A stretch of 64,000 bases of DNA. Origin: Acidimicrobiia bacterium. GTDB taxonomy: Bacteria; Actinomycetota; Acidimicrobiia; Spongiisociales; ZC4RG35. The position numbers and the translations under genes are program-made. The notes beneath the pieces are model-generated. The model searched no databases. It had not been told where the DNA came from and saw nothing but the letters and a program-made list of their open reading frames with translations. Numbering within the stretch: position 1 is the stretch's first letter; each line of letters opens with the position of its first letter. Below are positions 1-9,173 of this stretch, in pieces. The stretch lies in assembly GCA_035550735.1 (NCBI GenBank), contig DASZOM010000033.1:17444-81443 (forward strand). Direction: 5' to 3'.

Positions 1-741
1 ATGACGCGGGGTCATGCCTCCCGGCTGATCGGCGGTGCCCCTCTCCACGACAAAGAGGACGGTGGGCACCGGGACGCCGGCCGCGGCGTCCTTCGTCTCC
101 GAGTCGACCGTGATCTGACGCGCCGCCTGGTGGATCGCATCGGGGTTGATCGCCACGGTGTGACCGCTCGGTGCCGGGCGAAGCTCGTGGTCGAGGGCGG
201 AGCGCATCCCATCGTCCCAATGGCGCTTCAGGGCGGGATGGGCCTTCCAGTAGTCGATCAAGTCCTCCACGTCGCCGAACTGGAGGTCGAGACGGGCCAG
301 CGACGGGCCCACCATGGCGGAGATGATGCTGTCCGGGTCGGCCCCCGGCTCGGCGGGCGCTGCCAGCCCCCCATCGAGGAGGATCAGCCGGGAGACCCGC
401 TGGGGGTGCCGTGCGGCGAAGATGGAGGTGATCCAGGCTCCCATCGAGTAACCGACGACGGTGGCTCGATCCAGGTCGAGCCGATCGAGGCAGATGGCGA
501 TGTCGTCGGCCAGCGTCGTCAGGTCGAACGGGGGTGGCGCCGACACGCTGCAGCACCGGCCCCTGAGGTCGATGGCGGCCACCCCGACCCCTTCCGGCAG
601 ATGCTGCACGACGCGGGACCACCAGCGGGAGTTGCCCGTGAGACCGTGGACGAGGACCGCGGTTTGCATCCCACCGGCCGCCGGGCGATGCCAGACGTTG
701 AACTCACCACCCGGCACCGGTACGGACAGGTCGTGCATCAT
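1..741 (-). CDS. Alpha/beta-fold hydrolase (5' part; 3' end beyond window edge)
   Basis: The minus frame from ATG at 741 (or 738) reads MMHDLSVPVPGGEFNVWHRP...AVLVHGLTGNS...VVGYSMGAWITS. It shows an HG oxyanion motif and a GYSMG nucleophile elbow. It has no stop inside the window, so it is absent from the ORF track. The plus ORF 1..825 is its antisense shadow. Confidence 0.6.
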   Translation of the reverse strand, partial: MMHDLSVPVPGGEFNVWHRPAAGGMQTAVLVHGLTGNSRWWSRVVQHLPEGVGVAAIDLRGRCCSVSAPPPFDLTTLADDIAICLDRLDLDRATVVGYSMGAWITSIFAARHPQRVSRLILLDGGLAAPAEPGADPDSIISAMVGPSLARLDLQFGDVEDLIDYWKAHPALKRHWDDGMRSALDHELRPAPSGHTVAINPDAIHQAARQITVDSETKDAAAGVPVPTVLFVVERGTADQPGGMTPRH

Positions 742-748
742 GGTCACG

Positions 749-1870
749 CTATCGGCGCCCATCCGCCATCCGGGTGCCGGCCACATAGGTGGCGACCACG
801 TCGAAGCTGTCGTCGAACAGGGTGAAGTCGGCGCGTCCTCCGGGGCGGAGGGCACCCCGATCGTCCAGGCCGAGCAGCCTGGCCGGCGATGCGGTGGCCG
901 CCTGCAGTGCCTGTGCCTTGGCGGCTCCGGTCGCTTCTACCAGGTTTCGCATCGCCTCGGGCAGGGTGACGACACTGCCCGCCAGACGCCCGTCCACGGT
1001 CCTCGGCCCCTCTTCGCCGACTGTGATGGGCCCGTCACCGAGGGGGTAGGTGCCCGGCCCGAGCCCGAGGGCCGCCATCGCATCGGTGACCAGGATCAGC
1101 CGGTCGGGGCCCAGCACCCGCCAGGCCAGACGGAGGGCACCCTCGGCCAGGTGATGGCCGTCGACGATGACCAGGCAATGACGGTCGGAGAGAAGGGCGG
1201 CACCGACGACACCCGGCCGGCGGTGGTCGAGCGCGCTCATCTGATTGAAGAGATGGGTGACGGCTGATGCGTCCCCGGCCAGGGCGGTCTGTGCCGTCTC
1301 GAAGTCGGCGGCGGTGTGACCGAGAGAGACGATCACGCCCCCGGCGCGGAGGATGCCGGCCACCCGATCCGCCCCTGGCCGCTCCGGAGCCAGGGTGACC
1401 ATGCGGACCAGACCGGATTCCGCCCAACGGCGCGCCACATCCGGATTCGGGGCGGTGATGTAGGACGGGTTGTGGGCGCCATGCATCTCTGGGGAGATCC
1501 ACGGGCCCTCGAAGTGGAGACCGAGGACCTCGGCCCCCCGGTAGCCATCCGGTCTCCGATTGGCCACCACGTCCATCGCCAGATCGGTCACCTCGGGCGG
1601 GCAGGTGACCACGGTGGGGACGAAGGAGGTGACCCCCAGCTCGGGGAGGCGTTCGCCGACATGCCAGATCGTCGTCGGGTCGTGGGTGAAGTCCATCCCG
1701 AAACCACCATTGATCTGGAGGTCGATGAGCCCGGGGGAGACCACGAGGCCGTCGGCGTCCACCACCACGTCGTCGGTCGGGGAGTCGGTGATGGAGCCGG
1801 TGTCGAAGGACACTTCGCCCCTGACCAACTCGTCTCCACGGGGGATGAGACCGCCTCTTATCGTCGCCAC
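749..1870 (-). CDS. nagA: N-acetylglucosamine-6-phosphate deacetylase
   Basis: The C-terminal ~375 aa of track ORF 749..2410 match NagA (GLIDLQINGGFG, HFEGPWIS, HLFNQMSAL motifs). A GTG at 1870 (VATIRGGLIP...) is the likely start. ORF sequence upstream of 1870 overlaps the divergent M15 gene and is low-complexity. Confidence 0.75.
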   Translation of the reverse strand: MATIRGGLIPRGDELVRGEVSFDTGSITDSPTDDVVVDADGLVVSPGLIDLQINGGFGMDFTHDPTTIWHVGERLPELGVTSFVPTVVTCPPEVTDLAMDVVANRRPDGYRGAEVLGLHFEGPWISPEMHGAHNPSYITAPNPDVARRWAESGLVRMVTLAPERPGADRVAGILRAGGVIVSLGHTAADFETAQTALAGDASAVTHLFNQMSALDHRRPGVVGAALLSDRHCLVIVDGHHLAEGALRLAWRVLGPDRLILVTDAMAALGLGPGTYPLGDGPITVGEEGPRTVDGRLAGSVVTLPEAMRNLVEATGAAKAQALQAATASPARLLGLDDRGALRPGGRADFTLFDDSFDVVATYVAGTRMADGRR

Positions 1871-1937
1871 GGGAGGAGTGTGGGGGCTGTGTCGTGGCGA
1901 CGCAACTAGCGGCGATCGGGTCGTATCGTCGCGGCCC

Positions 1938-2819
1938 ATGCGGCGCGTTTGGCTCATCACTGCCGTTGTCGTGTTGGCTGCCTGCTCGGAGCGGGTCGCC
2001 ATGACCCCATCGACCACGCCGGCACCCTCATCGACGACCACGTCGACCGTGACCACCACCACGACCATCCCGGTCACCACCACGACGGTCCCGGCCACGA
2101 CGACGACCGTGAATCCGTTCGCCCGGCCCGACTGGCTGGGCACCAGGCTCCTCCCGCTGCGACCCGATGGGCATGGCGAGGTGCAGCCGACGCCCCCCGA
2201 GTTGCAGGACCGGCAGCTGGAGACGATCGACCTGCTGCCGCCCCCGGACGGTGATGTGTACGAGGCGACCATCACCCCGATACCTCCCGATGTACTCGCC
2301 AGGTCGAGCTGGCAGGAGGCGTGCCCGGTCGGAGTCGACGAACTGAGGTACCTGACCATGGCCCACTGGGGGTTCGACGGGAAGACACATACCGGGGAGA
2401 TGATCGTCAACGCCGAATTTGCCGAGGGTGTGGTCGAGGTGTTCGGCAGGCTCTTCGAGGCGGGCTATCCCATCGAGCAGATGCGGGTGACGACGCTGGA
2501 GGAGGTCGACGACCATCCCACCGGCGACTTCAACGAGACGGGCTCATTCGTCTGCCGACCTGCCGTGGGATCGTCGAACTGGTCATATCACGCCTACGGG
2601 CTGGCGATCGACGTCAACCCTTTCCACAACCCGTATGTCAAGGGCGACTTGGTGATCCCGGAGCTGGCCTCGGCATACGTCGACCGTGAGGACACCCGGA
2701 TCGGGATGATCTTCCCCGGAGACGTGGTCATCGAGGCGTTCGCCGACATCGGGTGGGAGTGGGGTGGCAACTGGAACACCCTCAAGGACTGGATGCATTT
2801 CTCCTCGACCGGTCGGTAG
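1938..2819 (+). CDS. M15-family D-Ala-D-Ala carboxypeptidase-like lipoprotein
   Basis: An ATG at 1938 gives MRRVWLITAVVVLAACS (lipobox LAAC). A Thr/Pro-rich linker follows. The C-terminal domain has SYHAYGLAIDVNP and DWMHF, the SxHxxGxAxD and ExxH motifs of Zn D,D-peptidases of the VanY/M15 fold. Confidence 0.7.
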   Translation: MRRVWLITAVVVLAACSERVAMTPSTTPAPSSTTTSTVTTTTTIPVTTTTVPATTTTVNPFARPDWLGTRLLPLRPDGHGEVQPTPPELQDRQLETIDLLPPPDGDVYEATITPIPPDVLARSSWQEACPVGVDELRYLTMAHWGFDGKTHTGEMIVNAEFAEGVVEVFGRLFEAGYPIEQMRVTTLEEVDDHPTGDFNETGSFVCRPAVGSSNWSYHAYGLAIDVNPFHNPYVKGDLVIPELASAYVDREDTRIGMIFPGDVVIEAFADIGWEWGGNWNTLKDWMHFSSTGR

Positions 2820-2880
2820 TTGAGCGGATTTGCGCCGGATATGGCGCTAGGAACCCGGGGTTGCCGAGGTTTGGAGATAC

Positions 2881-2896
2881 TCGAACATGTGTTCGA
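2881..2896 (+). promoter_or_regulatory. LexA (SOS) box TCGAAC-N4-GTTCGA, 14 nt upstream of dnaE2
   Basis: There is a perfect palindrome tcgaacATGTgttcga at 2881-2896. It matches the actinobacterial/mycobacterial LexA operator consensus. It lies directly 5' of the GTG start at 2910 of dnaE2. Confidence 0.7.
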
Positions 2897-2909
2897 TATA
2901 GTGTGACGG

Positions 2910-5900
2910 GTGACCCGTTACGCCGAGTTGCACTGTCACACCAACTTCTCCTTTCTGGACGGTGCATCGCACCCTGAGGATCTGGTGGCCACCGCCATCG
3001 AGCTCGGTTACCAGGCGCTCGGGGTCACCGACCATGACGGCTTCTACGGCGCATCACGGCTCTGGCAGGCGGCGAGGGCCACCGGTCTTCCCGTCATCTA
3101 CGGAGTGGAGATCTCCCTCGAGACGGATCCCGGGGGGCCGGCGGACCCCGTCGAGACGGCACAGGAGTGGGATCGGAGACGGTACGCACTGACCAAGGGA
3201 GCCCAGGGGAGGTTGCGTCGGGGCCGTTCGGTGCGGGCTCACGGGACCAAGCCGGTCTCACTACCCGAGTCGGACCACCTGGTGCTCCTCGCCGGCTCCC
3301 CGGACGGGTATCGCACCCTCTCCCACCTGGTCACCAGGGCACAGATGCGTGGTGAGAAGGATCACCCGGTCTACACCTGGGACGACCTGGCCGTGGCTGC
3401 GACCAACACCGACCTCCACGCCCTCACCGGATGCCATTTCGGGGCGGTGCCCAAGGCTGCCGCCAGTGGCAGTCTGGCGGCGACCATCCGGGAGGCCTCC
3501 CGGCTGCGCGAGATCTTCGGGCCGCGGCTCCACATGGAGTTGTGGCACCACGGCATGCCCGAAGACGACCCACGAAACGACTTGATGTGGGAGGTGAGCC
3601 AGAAACTCGGCCTGTCGACAATCGCCACCAACCAGGTCCACTATCACGTTCGCTCCGACGCTTATCTCTCCGAGGTGCTCGCCGCGGTCGGTGGGAGACG
3701 CTCGCTGGCCGAAGCCGATGGGTTTCGCCCTGCCACCGACGAGCGGTATCTCAAGCACCCCGACGAGATGGAGGCACGCTTCCGGCGCTATCCGGGTGTG
3801 GTCGCCCGCAGCGCTGGTCTGGGTGAGCGTCTCGCCTTCGACCTGGCCCTGGTCGCCCCGCGTCTCCCCGACTTCCCGATGCCCGGGCATTTCCGCGACG
3901 AGATGGACTACCTGCGACACCTCACCTGGGAGGGTGCGCGTGCGGTCTACCCGGGTGGGGACGACGGGGTCGAGCCGACGGCGAGACGGCGGATCGATCA
4001 CGAGCTGGGCATCATCGAGCGACTGGGCTTCCCCGGCTACTTCCTGGTGGTCAAGGACCTGATCGACTTCGCCCGGTCGCAGGGGATCTACTGCCAGATC
4101 AGGGGATCTGGCGCCGACTCGGCGGTGTGTCGCTGCATCGGGCTCACCAGGGTCGACCCGATTCGCCTCCAACTGCCTTTCGAGCGCTTCCTCTCCGAGG
4201 AGAGAGGGAGGCCACCTGACATCGACGTCGACTTCGAGGCCGACCGACGTGAGGAGGTGATCCAGTACTGCTACCGGCGTTACGGCCGGGAGCGTGCCGC
4301 CATGGTGGCCAATGTGATCACCTATCGGGCCAGGTCGGTGCTGCGCGACGTCGCCAAGACATTCGGGTTCACAGCGGCGCAGGTCGACGGTCTCTCCAAG
4401 TACGTCGACTCACACGACCCGGCCCGGCTCCGCGACATGGACACCGCTCTCCCCGAGGGGATGACCACCGAGCTCATCTACGACATCTGCTGGCGTCTCG
4501 ACGGGTTCCCCCGTCATCTCGGGATCCACTCCGGGGGGATGGTCATCGCAGATCGGCCGCTGTGGCAGGTGGTGCCCCTGGAGTGGGGGCGCATGGAGGG
4601 ACGCACCGTCATCCAGTGGGACAAGGACGACTCGGCGGCGGTGGGGATCGTCAAGTTCGACCTGCTCGGGTTGGGGATGCTCAACGCCCTCCATCTCGCC
4701 ACCGACCTCGTCGAGGACACCCATGGTGTCGAGGTCGACCTGGCCATGCTCCCTCAAGAGCCTGCGATCTACGAGTCGATGACCCGTGCCGACACCGTCG
4801 GGCTCTTCCAGGTCGAGTCCCGAGCCCAGATGGCCACCCTCCCCAAGATGAAGCCGAAGACGTTCTACGACCTGGCGGTGGAGGTGGCCCTCATCCGCCC
4901 CGGGCCGATCCAGGGCCAGTCGGTCCATCCCTATCTGCGCCGGCGCAACGGTGAGGAGCCGGTGAGGTATCCCCATCCCGACACGGTCCCGATCCTGGAG
5001 AAGACCCTCGGTGTGCCCATCTTCCAGGAGCAGCTGATGGAGCTGGCCAGGGTCTGCGCAGGCTTCGACGGGTCCCAGGCGGACCGTCTCCGGCAGGCGA
5101 TGACCCACAAGCGCTCGGAACAGGCCATGGCGCGGCTGCGTGATGAGGTCTACGAAGGGATGGAGAGGAACGGGATCGTGGGGGCGGCCGCCGACGAGAT
5201 CTGGGAGAAGCTGCAGGGATTTGCCAGCTTCGGGTTCCCCGAGAGCCACTCGGTGAGCTTCGCCTACATCGTCTACATGTCCGCCTGGCTCCGATTCCAC
5301 TTTCCCGCCGAATACCTGGCGGGTCTGCTCAACGCCCAGCCCATGGGGTTTTACAGCCCCAACTCGCTGATCCAGGATGCGCAACGTCACGGAGTGATGG
5401 TGCTCGGTCCCGACGTCAACCAGTCCTGGCACGACTGCACCATCGAGCCCGCCGATGCCGACCCCGACGACATCGTCACCTACCTCGGCCAGCGCTGGCG
5501 CCGGGGGAGGGGTCATGTCGACGATCCACTGCGCCCGGCGGTCGCGGTGCGAATGGGTCTGAGGTATGTGCGCAACCTGGGGGAGCGTGAGGTGACCAGG
5601 ATCGAGGCGGCTCGCATCCTGGGAGGGGAGTTCAGCTCACCGGAGGATCTCGCCTTCCGGACCGGGCTCGATGTCGACGCCCTGGAGGGCTTGGCGGGGT
5701 CGGGGGCACTGGAGTCGATCGGGCTGGGTCGTCGTGCCGGGATGTGGGCAGCCGGTGCCCTAGCCGAGATCGACCCGGAACGTCTCGCCCTCTCTCCCGG
5801 TGTGGAAGCTCCCCGGTTGCCGGTGATGAGCCACGAGGAGATCCATCGCGCCGACCTGTGGTCGACCGGGGTCTCCAACCGGCACCCGATGAGCTTCGTC

Positions 5901-6230
5901 AGGGATCGACTCGACGGTTGCCTGACCGCTGCCGAGGCTCTCGATGTGGGTAGGAACCTGGCCCGGGTCAAGGTGGCGGGTGTGGTCACCCATCGGCAGC
6001 GACCGGGCACGGCGAGAGGTGTCTACTTCCTCAACCTCGAGGACGAGACCGGGCTGTTGAACATCGTCGTCCTTCCCGATGTGTGGACGAGACACCGTCA
6101 GGTGGTGCGGAAGAGCCCGGCACTGGTGATCCACGGCCGTCTCGAGTTCTACGACGGGGTAACCAACATCGTCGCCCGTGATTTCGAGCCGATCGGGGTG
6201 CAGACGGTCCGCTCCCGCGACTTCCGCTAG
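2910..6230 (+). CDS. dnaE2: Error-prone DNA polymerase III alpha, DnaE2/ImuC
   Basis: The 1106-aa protein has an N-terminal PHP domain (HCHTNFSFLDGAS, GVTDHDGFYG), a Pol III alpha core and an OB-fold C-terminus. Its length and the LexA box fit DnaE2 rather than replicative DnaE1. Confidence 0.85.
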   Translation: MTRYAELHCHTNFSFLDGASHPEDLVATAIELGYQALGVTDHDGFYGASRLWQAARATGLPVIYGVEISLETDPGGPADPVETAQEWDRRRYALTKGAQGRLRRGRSVRAHGTKPVSLPESDHLVLLAGSPDGYRTLSHLVTRAQMRGEKDHPVYTWDDLAVAATNTDLHALTGCHFGAVPKAAASGSLAATIREASRLREIFGPRLHMELWHHGMPEDDPRNDLMWEVSQKLGLSTIATNQVHYHVRSDAYLSEVLAAVGGRRSLAEADGFRPATDERYLKHPDEMEARFRRYPGVVARSAGLGERLAFDLALVAPRLPDFPMPGHFRDEMDYLRHLTWEGARAVYPGGDDGVEPTARRRIDHELGIIERLGFPGYFLVVKDLIDFARSQGIYCQIRGSGADSAVCRCIGLTRVDPIRLQLPFERFLSEERGRPPDIDVDFEADRREEVIQYCYRRYGRERAAMVANVITYRARSVLRDVAKTFGFTAAQVDGLSKYVDSHDPARLRDMDTALPEGMTTELIYDICWRLDGFPRHLGIHSGGMVIADRPLWQVVPLEWGRMEGRTVIQWDKDDSAAVGIVKFDLLGLGMLNALHLATDLVEDTHGVEVDLAMLPQEPAIYESMTRADTVGLFQVESRAQMATLPKMKPKTFYDLAVEVALIRPGPIQGQSVHPYLRRRNGEEPVRYPHPDTVPILEKTLGVPIFQEQLMELARVCAGFDGSQADRLRQAMTHKRSEQAMARLRDEVYEGMERNGIVGAAADEIWEKLQGFASFGFPESHSVSFAYIVYMSAWLRFHFPAEYLAGLLNAQPMGFYSPNSLIQDAQRHGVMVLGPDVNQSWHDCTIEPADADPDDIVTYLGQRWRRGRGHVDDPLRPAVAVRMGLRYVRNLGEREVTRIEAARILGGEFSSPEDLAFRTGLDVDALEGLAGSGALESIGLGRRAGMWAAGALAEIDPERLALSPGVEAPRLPVMSHEEIHRADLWSTGVSNRHPMSFVRDRLDGCLTAAEALDVGRNLARVKVAGVVTHRQRPGTARGVYFLNLEDETGLLNIVVLPDVWTRHRQVVRKSPALVIHGRLEFYDGVTNIVARDFEPIGVQTVRSRDFR

Positions 6231-6295
6231 TGGAGCACCTAGCGGGCGCGGCAGCTGTCGCGCACGTCAGAGGTCGACGTTCAGCTGGCGATGTC

Positions 6296-6904
6296 TTACC
6301 TGCAGTTGAAGACGTCCCAGCCTGCCCCGTTGTAGACCTCCCAGGCGGCGGCGGCGGTCGAGGCCTCAGGGTCGGTGGCGGGGATACCCGGGAAGCCGGC
6401 ATTGGATGCCCGCTCGTCCCAGTACCCGGGGAGATGGTTGAACAGACCCACCCCTCCGGTGCGCAGATCGGCATGGCCCGGGTCGAATCGGGATTCGCAC
6501 CAGGCGATGCGAACCGCCCGGTTGACATCGGTGGGCTGGAAGTACTTGCTTACCAGCTCCCGGACCTGGACTTCGGAGAGCCAACCCATTGTCGGCGGGG
6601 AGGTGCTCACCGAGGTGTCTTCCTCGGCCGTCGTCGACTCGTCGACGCTCTCCTCGGTCGCCGGATCGGCCTCCTCGGCCATGACCACCGCAGTCGCTCC
6701 CTCACCGGGTGGCAGGGCGAAGCTCAGTCCGGCGTAGGCGCCGGCGGTGTGCCCCAGTGACCTGGCCTCCGCCTCGGCACCCGGGTCATCGGGCGGCTCG
6801 GGCGCCCCGAACGCGGCGAAGCCGGCTATGGCCAGCAGGGTCAGGGCGGCCCATCCAGCGACAAATGAAAGGCGTCTCGAGCGCATTAGCGACAATGACT
6901 CCAT
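6296..6904 (-). CDS. Secreted lysozyme-like / transglycosylase-like (Rpf/SLT superfamily) protein with acidic linker
   Basis: It has an N-terminal signal/TM segment (LSFVAGWAALTLLAIAGFAAFG) and an acidic low-complexity linker. The C-terminal domain reads IAWCESRFDP...GLFNHLPGYW...WDVFNC. That gives a catalytic-Glu CES motif, a GLFQ-like motif and a terminal W..C, as in Rpf/SLT-type domains. Confidence 0.5.
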   Translation of the reverse strand: MESLSLMRSRRLSFVAGWAALTLLAIAGFAAFGAPEPPDDPGAEAEARSLGHTAGAYAGLSFALPPGEGATAVVMAEEADPATEESVDESTTAEEDTSVSTSPPTMGWLSEVQVRELVSKYFQPTDVNRAVRIAWCESRFDPGHADLRTGGVGLFNHLPGYWDERASNAGFPGIPATDPEASTAAAAWEVYNGAGWDVFNCR

Positions 6905-6939
6905 GTGGGCCAGCGACCCACACCCGGGAACGTGAGACC

Positions 6940-8091
6940 CTACTCATCTGTGGAAAACTTTGCACGGCCGACGGCCTCCCCGATCCGCTCCACGATGGCG
7001 ACGAGTGTGACCTCGTCGGTGGCGAAGTTGAGCCGGGCGAAGCGACTCGAGTCACCCCGGAACGGCTCCCCGGCGCTCAAGGCCACCCGTGCCCGATCGA
7101 GCAGGAAGTCGGCCGGGTCGTCGATCGGATACGCCGAGAAGTCGAGCCAGGCGAGATAGCTGCCCTCCACCGGGCCCATCACGACCTCCGGGGCTTGGTC
7201 GGCCATCGTCTCGGCGAGCAGGGCCCGGTTGCGGTCGAGCCGGGTCAGCACATCGGCGAGCCAGTCCCGGCCATGCGTGAAGGCCGCGGTCGAGGCCACC
7301 AGTCCAAAGCTGCCCACACCGACCCGGTCGGGGGTGAAGTGTGGCTCCCAGATCTCACGGTCGGCAGGGTTGGTGAGCACCACCTGGGCGCACTTCAGAC
7401 CCGGGAGATTCCATGCCTTGCTGGCTGCGGTGACCGTGGCCACCCGCTCCGGGTCGATGCTGGCCGCCGGCACATGAGCGCTGTCGTACGTGATGGGTCC
7501 GTGCACCTCGTCGGCGAGGACGCGGGCGTCGTGTCGTGCAGCGACCTCGATGACGTCGGCGATCTCCTCTTCGGTCAGCACGCGCCCGGTGGGGTTCCAG
7601 GGGTTGCACAGCACGACGGACCCGGCGCCCTCGCTCAAGGCGCGATCTATGCCGGCGACATCGATGCGAAATCTCCCGTCGGCCCCGCGGGTGCTGGGCA
7701 CCTCGAAGATCTCCCTCCCCGCGTCCTCGACCATCGAGAAAAAGGGGAAGTACACCGGCGTGTGCAGGACCACTGGTGATCCGGGCGGTGTCAGGTGCTG
7801 GATGCACCGCCCCAGCCCGGCGATGACGTCGGGGGCCGGATACACCGAGGCCGGGTCCACAACCCATCCGAAGGTGTCGGACCAGTATCCGGTGGCGGCC
7901 TCGGCCGTCTCCCTCTCCAGGTACGGGTAGGGATATCCGGTCATGCCTCGATCCACGGCGTCTTTCAGGGAGGCGCTCACCGCTGGAGCCAGCCCGAAGT
8001 CCATCTCCGCCACCCATGCGGCAAGGACGTCGGGCTCGTAGCCGGTCCATTTGAGGCTGCCCAGCCGGCGGTATTCGCTCGGACCGGTCAT
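6940..8091 (-). CDS. patB: PatB/MalY-type PLP-dependent C-S lyase (class I/II aminotransferase fold)
   Basis: Motifs SLKWTGYEPDVLAAWVAEMDF and SKAWNLPGLKCA (PLP-Lys) are present. The start is taken at ATG 8091, which overlaps the stop of the upstream gene (ATGA) rather than the first M at 8166. Confidence 0.8.
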   Translation of the reverse strand: MTGPSEYRRLGSLKWTGYEPDVLAAWVAEMDFGLAPAVSASLKDAVDRGMTGYPYPYLERETAEAATGYWSDTFGWVVDPASVYPAPDVIAGLGRCIQHLTPPGSPVVLHTPVYFPFFSMVEDAGREIFEVPSTRGADGRFRIDVAGIDRALSEGAGSVVLCNPWNPTGRVLTEEEIADVIEVAARHDARVLADEVHGPITYDSAHVPAASIDPERVATVTAASKAWNLPGLKCAQVVLTNPADREIWEPHFTPDRVGVGSFGLVASTAAFTHGRDWLADVLTRLDRNRALLAETMADQAPEVVMGPVEGSYLAWLDFSAYPIDDPADFLLDRARVALSAGEPFRGDSSRFARLNFATDEVTLVAIVERIGEAVGRAKFSTDE

Positions 8092-9173
8092 GCCGCCGAC
8101 TCGATGCGTCCCAACACCCACTGCCATTCCGGCTTCGTGGGGTCGAGCAGGGAGAAGTGGTCGCAACCCGACCGGTGCAGCTCGAGACCGTGACGGGCGG
8201 CGAATGCGACAGAGTGGGCGATCGGCACGACCTGATCGGTGTCGCCGTGCACCAACGTGGTGGCCACGCCGTCCGGTGACATGCGTGCAGGGGCACCCGA
8301 GTCGAGCAGGGCCTGGGCGTCGGCGGCGCCGACGGTCCGGTCCTCAACGGTCGCCTCCAGGTCGAGGATCGGACCGAGGGCGATGTGACGGGCGATCGGG
8401 GAGGTGGTGCGGGACGCGGCCCACATCAGGAGATGCGCGCCGGCAGAGTGCCCGATGACCGTCGCGGGGGAATCGGCCAGCCCGAGTTGGGGGATGTGGT
8501 CCAGGGCCATCAGGACGTCGTGGCCCGATGCCGGCCAGCCTCCGCCGACCCCGGTCCTCCGGTACACGATGTTCCAGGTGTCGTACCCTCGCCTGGTCAG
8601 GTCGACGGCGAGAGACTCCGTCAGGTCGCGCTCGTACTCGCTCCGCCACAGCCCACCGTGGGCCAGGACGACGAGGGCGCCCCCACCGTGTCGCAGATCG
8701 CCGACATGGGACGGGTCGGGCCCGTAGCGAACAGTCTCGAAGGGGAGGGCGGCCCGGTTGACCAGATGACGCATCGCATCGCGATATCCGGCGAGGCCGC
8801 GCCCGTAGATGGTGCGGACGCACGACTCGGACACCACCGACACCGCCCGCCAGGGCTCGCGGGAGTGGACATTGGAGATGTGGATCTCGACCGTCGGGAC
8901 AGGCACGCCACGGATGGCATCGGCGATCGCCCGCGAGGTGTGGGTCAAGGCGCCCGGGTTGAGCACGATCCCGTCCCCTTCGAATTCGTGGATCCAGTCG
9001 ATGATCTCGCCCTCCGCGTTGCTCTGACGTGTCTCTGCCTCCACGCCCAGGTTCTCGGCCCACCCGGCGATCATCGACTCCAGGTCGGACAGGGTGCTAT
9101 TCCCGTACACCTCTGGCTCCCTGGTGCCGAGCAGATCGAGGTTGGGCCCGTTGACGACGAGCAGCCGCATCAT
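8088..9173 (-). CDS. aroQ: Fusion protein: type II 3-dehydroquinate dehydratase (AroQ) N-domain + alpha/beta hydrolase (esterase-like) C-domain
   Basis: Residues 1-145 are MMRLLVVNGPNLDLLGTREPEVYG...LNPGALTHTS...IHISNVHSREPWR, a type II DHQase signature. Residues 150-361 have AHGG, GHSAGAH and the catalytic Asp/His of an alpha/beta hydrolase. It is one continuous ORF. Confidence 0.75.
   Translation of the reverse strand: MMRLLVVNGPNLDLLGTREPEVYGNSTLSDLESMIAGWAENLGVEAETRQSNAEGEIIDWIHEFEGDGIVLNPGALTHTSRAIADAIRGVPVPTVEIHISNVHSREPWRAVSVVSESCVRTIYGRGLAGYRDAMRHLVNRAALPFETVRYGPDPSHVGDLRHGGGALVVLAHGGLWRSEYERDLTESLAVDLTRRGYDTWNIVYRRTGVGGGWPASGHDVLMALDHIPQLGLADSPATVIGHSAGAHLLMWAASRTTSPIARHIALGPILDLEATVEDRTVGAADAQALLDSGAPARMSPDGVATTLVHGDTDQVVPIAHSVAFAARHGLELHRSGCDHFSLLDPTKPEWQWVLGRIESAA

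Noticed and set aside
1-825. Plus-strand ORF (274 aa, MTRGHASRLIGG...) at the window start
   Set aside because: It is R/G/D/H-rich and lies exactly antisense to a well-formed alpha/beta hydrolase frame (GYSMGAW nucleophile elbow) that starts at ATG 741 on the minus strand. I call it a shadow ORF.
1560-1937. N-terminal 126 codons of track ORF 1560..2819
   Set aside because: They overlap the nagA coding region on the opposite strand and are S/T/P-rich. The M15 peptidase has a proper lipoprotein signal from ATG 1938.
2040-2110. Tandem ACC/ACG-rich repeat (Thr-rich) DNA, also at 32450-32500
   Set aside because: These are coding low-complexity Thr/Pro linkers of lipoproteins, not independent repeat elements or CRISPR arrays.
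6231-6295. GC-rich partial palindrome between convergent dnaE2 and the lysozyme-like gene
   Set aside because: It has a short 5-bp stem with no U-tract and is not convincing as a terminator. It is not called.
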